From: Bacillota bacterium
GTDB lineage: Bacteria > Bacillota > Halanaerobiia > Halanaerobiales > M55B127
Length of the DNA: 46,006 bases
Assembly (NCBI GenBank): GCA_051745185.1
Contig: JBNJDV010000004.1
Location: forward strand, 1 to 46,006
Reading direction: 5' to 3'
Both the position numbers and the translations under genes were made by a program. This document shows, piece after piece, positions 1 through 9,915 of this stretch (the stretch's first letter is position 1; every line of letters begins with the position of its first letter). The notes under the pieces were generated by a model. The model was not told the DNA's origin, ran no database searches, and saw nothing but the letters and a program-made list of their open reading frames with translations.

Positions 1-140
1 ATATTTTGTATAATATTGGAAACTACAAAAGAAAAAGAGGCCTCTTCCGGCCCAATTACTTTAACCTTTTTATTATTATCAATATTATACTTAAGATCTC
101 TTATTTTTTTGTGTTCTTTAATAACATTAGTTTTTAACAT
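1..140 (-). CDS. First 46 codons of a CDS that runs off the window; probably transcription-repair coupling factor Mfd
   Basis: Not in the ORF track because it is truncated. ATG at 140..138 with an AGGTGA SD at 150..145. Hand translation: MLKTNVIKEHKKIRDLKYNIDNNKKVKVIGPEEASFSFVVSNIIQN. The Mfd call rests only on the conserved Firmicute pth-mfd gene order, not on motifs. Confidence 0.4.
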   Translation of the reverse strand, partial: MLKTNVIKEHKKIRDLKYNIDNNKKVKVIGPEEASFSFVVSNIIQN

Positions 141-196
141 AAATTCACCTATTTAAATACAAAAATAACCCCTACTTAAAGGTACGGGCCTGATTA

Positions 197-751
197 TTAA
201 TTAAACTTACTCATTGAACTAGAAACATCGTTCTCCAGTATTTCTAGAATAATTTCATCTATAGAACTTAAAATATTATCAATCTCTTTTTTTTGTGCTT
301 TATCAAACTTTTGTAGTACATAATCTGTTACTTCAAGATTAATTGGTCTTCCAATACCAATTCTAATTCTTATTATCTGTTCTGTATTAAAACTATCCAT
401 TACTGACTGTAAACCTTTATGACCACCACTACTGCCTTTGGGTTTTATCCTTAACTTTCCAGCAGGTAAATCAAGATCATCATAAATAATAATGATATCA
501 GCAAAATCTATATTATATTTATCAGCTAGTTTTTTTACAGCCCTTCCACTATTATTCATATAGGTTAATGGTTGTGCTAATAATACTTTGTTGTTTTTGA
601 TTTTACCTTTTGCAATTAAAGCTTCACAATCTTTATTAATATTTCTAATATCAAATCTATCAGCTAGTTTTTTTATAGCCATAAACCCTACATTATGCCT
701 TGTCTCAGCATATCTTTTACCTGGATTTCCTAAACCAACTATTAATTTCAA
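197..751 (-). CDS. pth: Peptidyl-tRNA hydrolase
   Basis: KLIVGLGNPGKRYAETRHNVGF is the classic Pth N-terminus. I prefer TTG at 751..749 (GGAGG at 764..760, 8-nt spacer) over the track start at 757 (2-nt spacer). Confidence 0.95.
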   Translation of the reverse strand: MKLIVGLGNPGKRYAETRHNVGFMAIKKLADRFDIRNINKDCEALIAKGKIKNNKVLLAQPLTYMNNSGRAVKKLADKYNIDFADIIIIYDDLDLPAGKLRIKPKGSSGGHKGLQSVMDSFNTEQIIRIRIGIGRPINLEVTDYVLQKFDKAQKKEIDNILSSIDEIILEILENDVSSSMSKFN

Positions 752-789
752 ATTCAAAACCTCCAGCTAACATATTAAGAAAGCTAAGA

Positions 790-810
790 CGTAATCCAAA
801 GAGGATTACG
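790..810 (-). terminator. Hairpin downstream of ctc, a possible weak terminator
   Basis: CGTAATCC (790..797) pairs with GGATTACG (803..810) across a 5-nt loop. On the minus strand only an interrupted T-rich tract follows. Confidence 0.35.
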
Positions 811-844
811 CCTATATTATTTATTTAATTACATTTTCTTAATA

Positions 845-1525
845 TTATTTCTGGTAATAATCTTTATCTTCTAAGTCTTCTTGTTCTTCGCCTTCTTCGC
901 CTTCTTCTTCCTCTTCTTCTCCAATTACTTCTGGTTCGATGAATTCTTCTTCTAGTTCTTCTTCCTCTTCTTCCTCGATTTCTTCGGAAGGAGCAACAAC
1001 TGTAACAATTACATCTTCAAGAGAGTTGACTAATGTAACCTCTTCAGGCACTTCTAAGTCTCCAACTTCTAATGAATCGCTCAATGTCAATTCACTGATA
1101 TCTAATTCAATTTCATCAGGAATATTAGTTGGTAGTACTTCGATATCTACCTCTCTCATAAGTTGCTGTAATACTCCGCCTTCTCTTACACCTGGAGCTT
1201 CTCCAACTAGTTTAATTGGAACTGTAATACTGATTGTTTCATCCATAGAAATTTGTTGGAAATCAACATGAATAAGTTCATCTTTTATTACATCTTTTTG
1301 AAAATCTTTAATCATAACAGTCTCTTGTTCACCATCAATTGTTAAATCAATTATCGCATTACTGTGGATTTTTCCTCTTAAATCTAGAGGATTAACAGTT
1401 AATGCTTGAGCTTCTCTGTGTTTACCATATACAACACCAGGAATTAATCCATTTCTTCTAAGTCTTCTTGCAACACCTTTACCAGTTTCATCTCTTTTTT
1501 CAACTTCAATACTATATCTGTGCAT
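845..1525 (-). CDS. rplY: Ribosomal protein L25 / general stress protein Ctc with a long poly-acidic C-terminal tail
   Basis: The GKGVARRLRRNGLIPGVVYG motif and two-domain Ctc length fit the family. The track start at 1537 is a GTG inside the AAGGAG SD, so ATG at 1525..1523 (MHRYSIEVEKR) is more plausible. The tail reads EEIEEEEEEELEEEF...GEEEEEEGEEGEEQEDLEDKD. Confidence 0.9.
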   Translation of the reverse strand: MHRYSIEVEKRDETGKGVARRLRRNGLIPGVVYGKHREAQALTVNPLDLRGKIHSNAIIDLTIDGEQETVMIKDFQKDVIKDELIHVDFQQISMDETISITVPIKLVGEAPGVREGGVLQQLMREVDIEVLPTNIPDEIELDISELTLSDSLEVGDLEVPEEVTLVNSLEDVIVTVVAPSEEIEEEEEEELEEEFIEPEVIGEEEEEEGEEGEEQEDLEDKDYYQK

Positions 1526-1550
1526 AACATAATTCACTCCTTAGATAATA

Positions 1551-2501
1551 TTAAAATAATACGCTTACAGATAAATCTTTGAAAATTCTATCAATAGCTT
1601 CTCCAACAAGAGGAGCTAGGGAAAGTACAGTTAGATTATCCAATTCCTTACTATGTTTTTGGGGGATTGAATCAGTAACAATTACTTCATCAATAGGTGA
1701 TTTTTTCATCCTATCAATTGCAGGTCCAGAAAAAAGACCATGACTTGCACAAGCAAATACCTTTTTAGCACCATTTTTCTTTAAAGCTTCAGCTGCCTGT
1801 GTGATGGTTCCGCCAGTATCAATAATATCATCAAACAAAATAACATTTGAATCTTTAATATTTGAGCGACCTATAACATGCATTACTTCAGCAACATTTG
1901 GTTTAGGTCTTCTCTTATCAATAATAGACATCGGAATATTTAAGGACTCAGCAATTGATCTTACTCTTTTTACAGAACCAACATCTGGTGCAACTGCTGT
2001 TAGTTTATCTAGTTCTTTTTTTCTAAAATAATCTATCATTAATGGAGCTGCATATAAATTATCAACAGGAATATCAAAAAATCCCTGAATTTGCGGAGCA
2101 TGTAAGTCGATTGAAAGCAGTCTTCTAGCTCCTGCAGCAGTTAAAATATTAGCAATTAACTTTGCAGTAATCGGATCACGTGGTTTGGCTTTTCTATCCT
2201 GTCTGGCATAACCGTAATATGGAACAACAGCTGTTATTCTCCTAGCAGAAGCCCTTCTTAAAGCATCCACAATAACTAGAAGTTCCATAATATTTTCATT
2301 AACGGGGGGGCTAGTTGGTTGAATAATAAAAACATCAGCTCCACGAACAGTTTCATTAATTTCTACACTAACCTCACCATCAGCAAATCTTTTTGCACGA
2401 GCATCTAATAATTCAGTTCCTAAATATTCGCAAATATCCTCAGCCAGATCAGGATGAGAACTACCTGCAAATATTTTTAGTTTATCACTATAAGTCGACA
2501 T
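1551..2501 (-). CDS. prs: Ribose-phosphate pyrophosphokinase
   Basis: Full-length match by eye to PRPP synthetase: DLHAPQIQGFF, the PRPP-binding loop VILFDDIIDTGGT, and conserved glmU-prs order. Confidence 0.97.
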   Translation of the reverse strand: MSTYSDKLKIFAGSSHPDLAEDICEYLGTELLDARAKRFADGEVSVEINETVRGADVFIIQPTSPPVNENIMELLVIVDALRRASARRITAVVPYYGYARQDRKAKPRDPITAKLIANILTAAGARRLLSIDLHAPQIQGFFDIPVDNLYAAPLMIDYFRKKELDKLTAVAPDVGSVKRVRSIAESLNIPMSIIDKRRPKPNVAEVMHVIGRSNIKDSNVILFDDIIDTGGTITQAAEALKKNGAKKVFACASHGLFSGPAIDRMKKSPIDEVIVTDSIPQKHSKELDNLTVLSLAPLVGEAIDRIFKDLSVSVLF

Positions 2502-2513
2502 ATTATCCCCCTT

Positions 2514-3878
2514 TTACTCGTCTTCTTTATTTTTTTTCATATATTCACGGGCAGGAACTCCTATAACCGTTGTATCTTCTTCAACATCTTTTGTAACTAC
2601 AGCACCAGCACCTGTTTTACCTCTATCTTTTATTTGTAATGGTGCCACTAAAGTTGAGTTACTACCGATAAATACAGAATCACCAATAATAGTCTTATTT
2701 TTATTTATGCCATCATAATTAGCAAATATTGTGCCTGCTCCTATATTAGTATCTTTACCTAACTGAGCATCACCAACATAAGCTAGATGAGGAACTTTTG
2801 TACCCTTATCGACATATGCTTTCTTTAACTCTACATAGTCGCCAATTTTTACATCATCTTCTATTTTACACCCTGGTCTAATATGAGCAAATGGTCCTAT
2901 ATTACAGTTATTATTTATTGTACTGTTTTTAATAACATTATTATTTTTAATACTATTATTATTTCCGATAACACAATCAATAATATTATTATTCGGCCTA
3001 ATAACATTATGCCGACCTATTTTAGTGTCCCCTTCTATATATGTAAATGGGTATATAACTGTATCTGGTCCAATTTCTACTTCTTCATCTATATATGTAG
3101 TTTCGGGGTCTATAATTGTAACTCCATTTCCCATATGCTTTTTATTGATTCTTGCTCTTAAAACTTTTTCGGCCTCAGAAAGACCAATTCTATCATTTAC
3201 ACCAATTATCTCTTTTTCATCTTTTATTGTATAAGGTAGTATCTTTTTATCCTTACCTCTTAGATAATCTACAATATCAGTAAGATAATATTCATTTTGA
3301 GCATTATCATTATCTATATTGTCCAGTGCTTCATTTAATAGACTAGAATTAACACACATAATTCCACTATTTATTTCATCTATCTTTTTTTGTTTAGAAT
3401 TTGCATCATCTTCTTCTACTATATTAGTTATTTCATTTTGCTTATCTCTTATTATTCTACCATATCCAGAAGGATTTTTTAAGACTGCAGTCATAATTGT
3501 TAAGTCTGCTGACTTTTCTAAGTGATAATCACTCATCAATTTTAAGGAATTTTCTTGGATTAAAGGTATATCAGCATAAAGAATCAATACATTACCATCA
3601 TTGTTTTTTATATCTTCTTTAGCTTGTTTTACTGCATGTGCAGTACCTAATTGTTTACTTTGAAGTTGGAATCTAACATCATCATTTTTGACTGCTTTTT
3701 TTACTTCATCAGCTTGATGACCAACTATACAAACGATATCTGAAGAAATATCACTAACAGAATCTATAACATGATTTATCATCTCTTTACCGGCAACTTT
3801 ATGTAATACTTTATTTTTATCTGATTTCATGCGGGTTCCTTTACCGGCTGCCAATATTATAGTCAGTAAATCTGACAT
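2514..3878 (-). CDS. glmU: Bifunctional UDP-N-acetylglucosamine pyrophosphorylase / glucosamine-1-phosphate N-acetyltransferase
   Basis: N-terminal LAAGKGTRMKS nucleotidyltransferase motif and C-terminal hexapeptide-repeat (left-handed beta-helix) region. Size is 454 aa. Confidence 0.97.
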   Translation of the reverse strand: MSDLLTIILAAGKGTRMKSDKNKVLHKVAGKEMINHVIDSVSDISSDIVCIVGHQADEVKKAVKNDDVRFQLQSKQLGTAHAVKQAKEDIKNNDGNVLILYADIPLIQENSLKLMSDYHLEKSADLTIMTAVLKNPSGYGRIIRDKQNEITNIVEEDDANSKQKKIDEINSGIMCVNSSLLNEALDNIDNDNAQNEYYLTDIVDYLRGKDKKILPYTIKDEKEIIGVNDRIGLSEAEKVLRARINKKHMGNGVTIIDPETTYIDEEVEIGPDTVIYPFTYIEGDTKIGRHNVIRPNNNIIDCVIGNNNSIKNNNVIKNSTINNNCNIGPFAHIRPGCKIEDDVKIGDYVELKKAYVDKGTKVPHLAYVGDAQLGKDTNIGAGTIFANYDGINKNKTIIGDSVFIGSNSTLVAPLQIKDRGKTGAGAVVTKDVEEDTTVIGVPAREYMKKNKEDE

Positions 3879-3890
3879 GCGAAATCCTCC

Positions 3891-4721
3891 TTAAAGTTTA
3901 ATCATATCTCTCTTTAACAAATTTCTATTCTCATCCTTTATAACTTTATTTATTTTAAAGTTATAATCTAAATCTGGCATTTCACTGTTTAGAACAAAAT
4001 GCCTAATTAATATCGGATAGATAGTGTCTTTCATACCATATTCAATAAGTAAACTCAAATTGTCATATGCAGTAAATAAATCGACAACATCCAAATCAAA
4101 TAAATTAGTGACAACTTTATTTAGACCCGCACTGCCCATTATATTAGATAAATTACTCCACTGCATTAAGTTCATGGTATCATCATAATAATATAACTCA
4201 GGAATATCTCTCATATATGCATTTTCTAGTATGCTTATATCTGAATTAAAGTTATGTCCTACTATTAATTCGGGATTATATTCATCTATTACATTTCTTA
4301 AAAAGTCAATTCCTTTTCTTATTGTAATAGATGGAGCCAAACTATTATTAGTAAATATAAAACCGTTATCAACTATCTTTAAATCATCCATAACAGTATA
4401 TTGGATACAGTCCAGTTCGCTTTTTAAATATTCAGTATCTATTCCCATTATTATAGATGCATCCGGTTTCTTACTCCATCTTTTATCAGGTTTAAAAGTT
4501 ACCATCTCATTAAAAACATCATCAATATTATCTAATTTATTGATAATATCAGAATCAGCGTCTGAAATTCCTATTGTATCTGCAATTTCAGGTGACTTTG
4601 CTTTTTTAAATTTTTTTTCGGTCGGAAATCTCCTTAATAACTTTTTAAGGCGATTACCGTTTCCTAATATTAATGTTAATTTAAACCTATACAAATCTTT
4701 ATCACTTACATAAGGAATCAT
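3891..4721 (-). CDS. DEDDy-type 3'-5' exonuclease domain protein (RNase D / Pol I exo-like) with an uncharacterised N-terminal extension
   Basis: The three exo motifs are readable: ExoI GIDTEY, ExoII VGHNFNSDISIL, ExoIII YGMKD (Y-x3-D). About 90 N-terminal residues have no recognisable domain. Confidence 0.6.
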   Translation of the reverse strand: MIPYVSDKDLYRFKLTLILGNGNRLKKLLRRFPTEKKFKKAKSPEIADTIGISDADSDIINKLDNIDDVFNEMVTFKPDKRWSKKPDASIIMGIDTEYLKSELDCIQYTVMDDLKIVDNGFIFTNNSLAPSITIRKGIDFLRNVIDEYNPELIVGHNFNSDISILENAYMRDIPELYYYDDTMNLMQWSNLSNIMGSAGLNKVVTNLFDLDVVDLFTAYDNLSLLIEYGMKDTIYPILIRHFVLNSEMPDLDYNFKINKVIKDENRNLLKRDMIKL

Positions 4722-4792
4722 AAATTTACCTCAAATCTAAGTAAAAGTACAGTGATTAACCGTTAGAAGTATAACAGAATCAATATATTTTG

Positions 4793-5314
4793 TCAAGATA
4801 GTAAGTTATTAATCTGTCTTGACAATGGAAGTGCAACTAAACCCCCTATTATCATCTGTGCATAATCAATGCCTATTTCTGGAATAACTGCCGGCCAACT
4901 AATTAAAAACCCTTTGGTAATCGCATAACCAATTACCATAATATTTCCACCAACAACAATAGCTAAAATATTGCTTTTTAAGTCTCCTTCTTTAGCGATT
5001 TTACCAACTAAATATCCTTCTAAACCTTTAATAATAAAAGTGAAAGGTGCCCATAAAGAATAGCCTAAAAAGATATCCATTAGAGCAGAACCCAATGCTC
5101 CCGAAACTCCACCTGCTTTACTCCCAAACACTAAAGCAATTATATAAATTGCTACTTCACCTAAGTTAAAATATGATGAACTTGGACCGGGAATATGTAA
5201 ATATGTTCCTACTGCAACAAAAGCAGTAAACATTGCTAAAAAAGATATTAATCGTGTTGATAAATTATTTAATGATAGATTACGTAACTGCTCTTTTATG
5301 TCACCTCTCATCAT
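4793..5314 (-). CDS. ECF-transporter S-component-like small integral membrane protein, substrate unknown
   Basis: 173 aa with about 5-6 hydrophobic helices and Gly/Ala-rich packing typical of ECF S components. It starts 15 nt after the glnA stop. Confidence 0.5.
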   Translation of the reverse strand: MMRGDIKEQLRNLSLNNLSTRLISFLAMFTAFVAVGTYLHIPGPSSSYFNLGEVAIYIIALVFGSKAGGVSGALGSALMDIFLGYSLWAPFTFIIKGLEGYLVGKIAKEGDLKSNILAIVVGGNIMVIGYAITKGFLISWPAVIPEIGIDYAQMIIGGLVALPLSRQINNLLS

Positions 5315-5329
5315 TAACCCTCCAATAAT

Positions 5330-6667
5330 TTAATACTTCATTAAGTATTGATCAAGTTCCCAATCATGAACCTGAGTACTATACTCATGCCATTCAACCT
5401 CTTTTGCTACAACAAAATGCTCATAAATATGCTGTCCTAAAGTCTCTTTTATAACACTGTTTTGATTTAAATACTCAACAGCTTTCATAATATCTCCCGG
5501 CAGACTCTCAATACCTCTTTTTGATCTCTCGATTGCATTCATGTCATAAATATTATCTGTTGTTTGCTCACCAGGATCTATTTTGTTTTTAATACCTTCA
5601 AGACCGGCTTTTAAAGTAACAGCCATTGCTAAATAAGGATTAGCTGCTGGATCTGGACTTCTAAGTTCTATTCTAGTTGCATCTTTTCTTGCTGAAGGAA
5701 CCCTTACCAAAGCACTCCTGTTTTGAGTAGACCAGGTGATATAAACAGGTGCTTCATAACCGGGTAATAACCTTTTATATGAATTAATAATTGGATTTGT
5801 AATTGCTGTAAAAGCTTTAGAATGTTTTAAAATACCCCCTATATAATGATAAGCTAACTCACTTAATTGTAATTTGTCATCTGGATCATAAAAAGCATTC
5901 TCTCCATCTTTAAATAAAGATTGATGAACATGCATACCAGAACCGTTTTCTCCAAAAATTGGTTTGGGCATAAAAGTAGCATGTAGATTATGCTCCATAG
6001 CGATTCTTTTAGTTACAAATTTAAATGTGGCGACATTGTCCGCTGTTCTAAGTACTGGGGTATATTTAAAGTCAATTTCATGCTGGCCTGGAGCAACTTC
6101 ATGGTGAGAAGCTTCAACATCAAAATCCATTTCTTCTAAGGCAAGAACAATATCTCTACGCGCTTTTTCTCCTAGATCAACAGGAGAAAGATCAAAATAA
6201 CCGCCATTATCATTTGTAATTGTTGTAGGGTTTCCATTTTTATCTTTCTCAAATAAGAAAAATTCTGGTTCAGGACCAGCATGCATCTCAAAACCCATTT
6301 CTTTTGCTTCATTTATCACCTTTTTTAATGTGTTACGAGGACAACCTATAAATGGTTCTCCGTCTGGGGTATAAATATCACAAATCAGTCTGGCAATTGA
6401 GCTCTCTTCTTTATGCCAGGGAAAGATTGCAAAAGTATCAAAGTCAGGTTTTAAGTACATATCTGATTCATGAATTCTAGTAAATCCTTCAATTGAAGAA
6501 CCATCAAACATTATCTTCCCATCAAGGGCTGGTTCTAATTGATCAACTGTTATAGCTACATTCTTAATTATACCTAAAATATCAACAAACTGCAGTCTTA
6601 TAAATTTCACATTTAATTCTTCAGCTTTTTTTAATATATCTCTTTTTGTTAGATGACTCATATTCAC
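5330..6667 (-). CDS. glnA: Glutamine synthetase, type I
   Basis: 445 aa. [33 protein letters not shown] and [11 protein letters not shown] are canonical GSI blocks. Confidence 0.97.
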   Translation of the reverse strand: MNMSHLTKRDILKKAEELNVKFIRLQFVDILGIIKNVAITVDQLEPALDGKIMFDGSSIEGFTRIHESDMYLKPDFDTFAIFPWHKEESSIARLICDIYTPDGEPFIGCPRNTLKKVINEAKEMGFEMHAGPEPEFFLFEKDKNGNPTTITNDNGGYFDLSPVDLGEKARRDIVLALEEMDFDVEASHHEVAPGQHEIDFKYTPVLRTADNVATFKFVTKRIAMEHNLHATFMPKPIFGENGSGMHVHQSLFKDGENAFYDPDDKLQLSELAYHYIGGILKHSKAFTAITNPIINSYKRLLPGYEAPVYITWSTQNRSALVRVPSARKDATRIELRSPDPAANPYLAMAVTLKAGLEGIKNKIDPGEQTTDNIYDMNAIERSKRGIESLPGDIMKAVEYLNQNSVIKETLGQHIYEHFVVAKEVEWHEYSTQVHDWELDQYLMKY

Positions 6668-6731
6668 TACTCACTTCTCCTTTTTAATTTATTTTTAAAA
6701 TAATTATGTATTTAATTATAACAAGATAGTA

Positions 6732-7496
6732 TTAAATATCAAATTCATTTAAGTATTTTTCTTTCATCATTTTTAAATCACTTGGTTTATCTACATCAAA
6801 ACCTATCTCTGGAGACTCTACTATTAGGGCCTTACATTTGTGTCCAATAATATCTGATATTCTGTTTTCTACCTCTTTTATTGATAACTGCCTAAAAATA
6901 AATTTGATTATAAATTTAAAACCAAGCATCTGACTCATTTTAAAAGGCTTTTTCCTTAAATTCAATATTTTATCATACCAATCCAATGGTCCCTGTATAA
7001 TTTCAGGACTAACTAAAACCATGTTGCCTCCTGTAAATATTCCCTCTTTAAGATGTACATAAGTTCGTTCAACTTCAGGATACTTTTTAAGATTAATCTC
7101 TTTAGAAATAACAGGATAGAACAGATCATGTTTTTTTTCCAACTCACACTTTTTTATAAAATCTTCAATGATCTTTGTAGTAATTAATGGGATATCAGAG
7201 GTTATTATTAAAATATGATGCTCATGATTTAAGGCATCAATACCATTTTTAATGTTATTTATCAAAACATCTTCAGGTTTAATCACCTCATAGTCTGTAC
7301 CAATAACTTCATTAATATTTTCAGGACCAACTATAACTATTTCATTTATTTCTTCAGCATTTTCAACAGCCTCTATTACATGTTGTAACATCGGCTTACC
7401 GGCAATTTCTATTAATGATTCATATTTTTTATTAGAATAATCTTTTAAAGCTCCATTGTTTTTGGCTCCTGCTACAACTAAAGCATCAAATTTCAT
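6732..7496 (-). CDS. MobA-like NTP-transferase family protein
   Basis: N-terminal ALVVAGAKNNG...IEIAGKPML nucleotide-binding fold, plus ITSDIPL. The specific substrate cannot be called. Confidence 0.6.
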   Translation of the reverse strand: MKFDALVVAGAKNNGALKDYSNKKYESLIEIAGKPMLQHVIEAVENAEEINEIVIVGPENINEVIGTDYEVIKPEDVLINNIKNGIDALNHEHHILIITSDIPLITTKIIEDFIKKCELEKKHDLFYPVISKEINLKKYPEVERTYVHLKEGIFTGGNMVLVSPEIIQGPLDWYDKILNLRKKPFKMSQMLGFKFIIKFIFRQLSIKEVENRISDIIGHKCKALIVESPEIGFDVDKPSDLKMMKEKYLNEFDI

Positions 7497-7519
7497 GTCT
7501 AAACCCCCAATTAAACTAT

Positions 7520-8386
7520 CTAATTAAATTTTCTTGTTTGAGTTAATGTAATATAATCATCACTTCTTGGCCAATTTTTAATCACGTTATCAGCTAAATC
7601 AATATCTTTTTTATCAAATAATGAAAACACGGTTGGACCGCTTCCGGTCATCATTGTGAATTTAAATCCCTGTTTTATTAATTTGTCTTTAATTATATTC
7701 ACATCAGGCACAAGTTTTTTGGTAATCGGCTCTAAAACATTGGCCCACCCATCATCTATATTCATTTTTTTCTTATTACTAATTATCTCTAAAAGTTTTT
7801 TTACAGGAATATTTTTATCAATATTATACTTATCATATAGAGTATACACTTTTTTTGTACTTACCATTTCAGGTGGTTTTACTAAAAGAACCTTATGTTT
7901 TTTTAAGGGTCTTAAATATCGTAATTCTTGACCTCTTTTTGTGGCAAAAGCAGTTCCTCCTTTTAAACAAAAAGGAACATCACTTCCGATATTAAATGCA
8001 ATATTATGTAGATCTTTTTGATTTAAATTAAGATCATACAATTTATTCATCCCATTTATTACAGCTGCAGCATCAGTGCTTCCTCCAGCTAAACCAGCGG
8101 CTATTGGAATTCTTTTATCAATGAATATTTTAATACCTTTATTTAATTTTGCCTTGCTTATAACTGCTTGTGCAGCTTTATATGCTAAGTTATGTTCACC
8201 AGTAGGTAGTTTATGATGATTGGTTTCAATCTTTATACCTTTATCTTTCTTATATAATTTTATTGTATCATGTAATGAGATTGACTGCATCACCATTTCC
8301 AAATTATGATAACCATCTTTTCTTAAGTTTTTTATATCTAAAAATAAATTAATTTTAGCATATGCATTAACTGTTAACTGATTCAT
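7520..8386 (-). CDS. ispE: 4-diphosphocytidyl-2-C-methyl-D-erythritol kinase
   Basis: AYAKINLFLDI start, GHMP kinase motif IPIAAGLAGGSTDAAA, and MTGSGPTVF near the C-terminus. Confidence 0.93.
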   Translation of the reverse strand: MNQLTVNAYAKINLFLDIKNLRKDGYHNLEMVMQSISLHDTIKLYKKDKGIKIETNHHKLPTGEHNLAYKAAQAVISKAKLNKGIKIFIDKRIPIAAGLAGGSTDAAAVINGMNKLYDLNLNQKDLHNIAFNIGSDVPFCLKGGTAFATKRGQELRYLRPLKKHKVLLVKPPEMVSTKKVYTLYDKYNIDKNIPVKKLLEIISNKKKMNIDDGWANVLEPITKKLVPDVNIIKDKLIKQGFKFTMMTGSGPTVFSLFDKKDIDLADNVIKNWPRSDDYITLTQTRKFN

Positions 8387-8444
8387 TATAACACCGCCAG
8401 ATCAATAATAATACCCTTCCTATTATAACACCTATATTCTTCAA

Positions 8445-9737
8445 TTACAATGTGTTCATCTTGTTCAGTATTTTAATATATTCATCTTTAGTATATGGGG
8501 AATTGGCAGTTGTTTTTAATATATCATCATCTGTTAATATATCAATGATTATTTTAATTAAAACTTTGATTGGTTTTATTACTGCTAATTCATAATCAAC
8601 CGTTTTAAATTCACTTGTATGAAGTCCACCTTTTACTCCTCCAAAAAACGGATGTAATATCGGCATAATATGAGAAAGATCTCCCATATCAAATGAACCA
8701 CTGAACTTCTTATTGCGTATTATTTTATTTTGATCTATAATCTGATCTGAATTTTTTATAAATAAATCAATTAATGATTCATAATTTAACAATGGCAAAT
8801 ATCCGGAATAATCTTTTATTTCTACTTCTGCTCCCATTGCAATTGCTGCAGCCTTTAAAGCCCGATTGACTTTTTGGTTAGCATCCATAATAGAATCTAA
8901 AGTTCTTGCCCTTACATAAGTTTCCATTCTAACATCACTTGGAACAGTATTTACTACATCCCCACCTTTTGTAATTATCGGATGTACCCTAACATTATCA
9001 CTATCCAAAAAAGTATCTCGCTGAGCATTTATATTATTAATCGCTAAAACAGCTGCATTTAATGCATTTATCCCTTCTTCAGGAGAAGAACCAGCATGGG
9101 ATTTCTTTCCAATAAACTTAACTTTCTTTGCGATAAAACCATTTCCACTCGGACCTACAATTACATCCTTCATCTCCCCAGTATCAAAGGAATGTACCAT
9201 TAAAGCAAGGTCTACATCATCAAAATATCCTCTGCTTATTAATTCTTGTTTACCTCCGAAGTATTTTATCTTCTTACCATTTTTTAATTTTTCTCTAAAG
9301 TCAAGTTCAATATACTCTTCAGCTGGAACAGCGATAAAATCAACAGTACCAGTTATATAGTCCATTATCTCAGCTTTTTTTAAGGCAAGTGCAATACCAA
9401 ACATTATTGCTATTTGATTATTATGACCACAGGCATGAACTACACCTTTTTCATTAGCTTTGGGGTGTTCTTTATCAATTATTGCATCTAATTCTCCCAG
9501 TACGGCAATATGAGGTTTTTTTAAGTTGCCCAAACTGGTTTTAATTCCAGTTACTGCAATTTCTTCTTCTACTTCTAAATTTAAATTTTCAAACTTATCT
9601 TTAATTATTTCACTTGTTCTATATTCCTTATATCCTGTTTCAGGGTGTTTAAATAGATCTTTAGTTAAATTAATTATATCATCTTTCTTTTCATCAACTA
9701 TACTACAGGCTCTATCTTTTAATTTCTTTATTTCCAT
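8445..9737 (-). CDS. M20D-family amidohydrolase / aminoacylase
   Basis: HACGHN metal-binding motif and M20 dimerisation-domain layout. Start moved to ATG at 9737 (MEIKKLKD; AAGGGTG SD 7 nt upstream). The track's extra 14 codons overlap an inverted repeat. Confidence 0.85.
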   Translation of the reverse strand: MEIKKLKDRACSIVDEKKDDIINLTKDLFKHPETGYKEYRTSEIIKDKFENLNLEVEEEIAVTGIKTSLGNLKKPHIAVLGELDAIIDKEHPKANEKGVVHACGHNNQIAIMFGIALALKKAEIMDYITGTVDFIAVPAEEYIELDFREKLKNGKKIKYFGGKQELISRGYFDDVDLALMVHSFDTGEMKDVIVGPSGNGFIAKKVKFIGKKSHAGSSPEEGINALNAAVLAINNINAQRDTFLDSDNVRVHPIITKGGDVVNTVPSDVRMETYVRARTLDSIMDANQKVNRALKAAAIAMGAEVEIKDYSGYLPLLNYESLIDLFIKNSDQIIDQNKIIRNKKFSGSFDMGDLSHIMPILHPFFGGVKGGLHTSEFKTVDYELAVIKPIKVLIKIIIDILTDDDILKTTANSPYTKDEYIKILNKMNTL

Positions 9738-9772
9738 TTTACACACCCTTAGATAAATAGAATAATAAAAAT

Positions 9773-9848
9773 ATGACACATATCTGATACCCCTCTAGTA
9801 TGTCAACCCAGCTTATAGATACCTTCAAAGAAGCATGATATGTGTCAT
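9773..9848. terminator. 12-bp perfect inverted repeat with a 52-nt spacer and T-runs on both sides; candidate terminator of tdh-kbl or leader element of the M20 gene
   Basis: ATGACACATATC (9773..9784) pairs with GATATGTGTCAT (9837..9848). TTTTTT follows on the plus strand and TATTTTTATT on the minus strand. Confidence 0.35.
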
Positions 9849-9915
9849 TTTTTATTTAAAAACATTAATATTTCTCTACTAAACTTTACTATTATTTATG
9901 GCTTGATATTGATAT

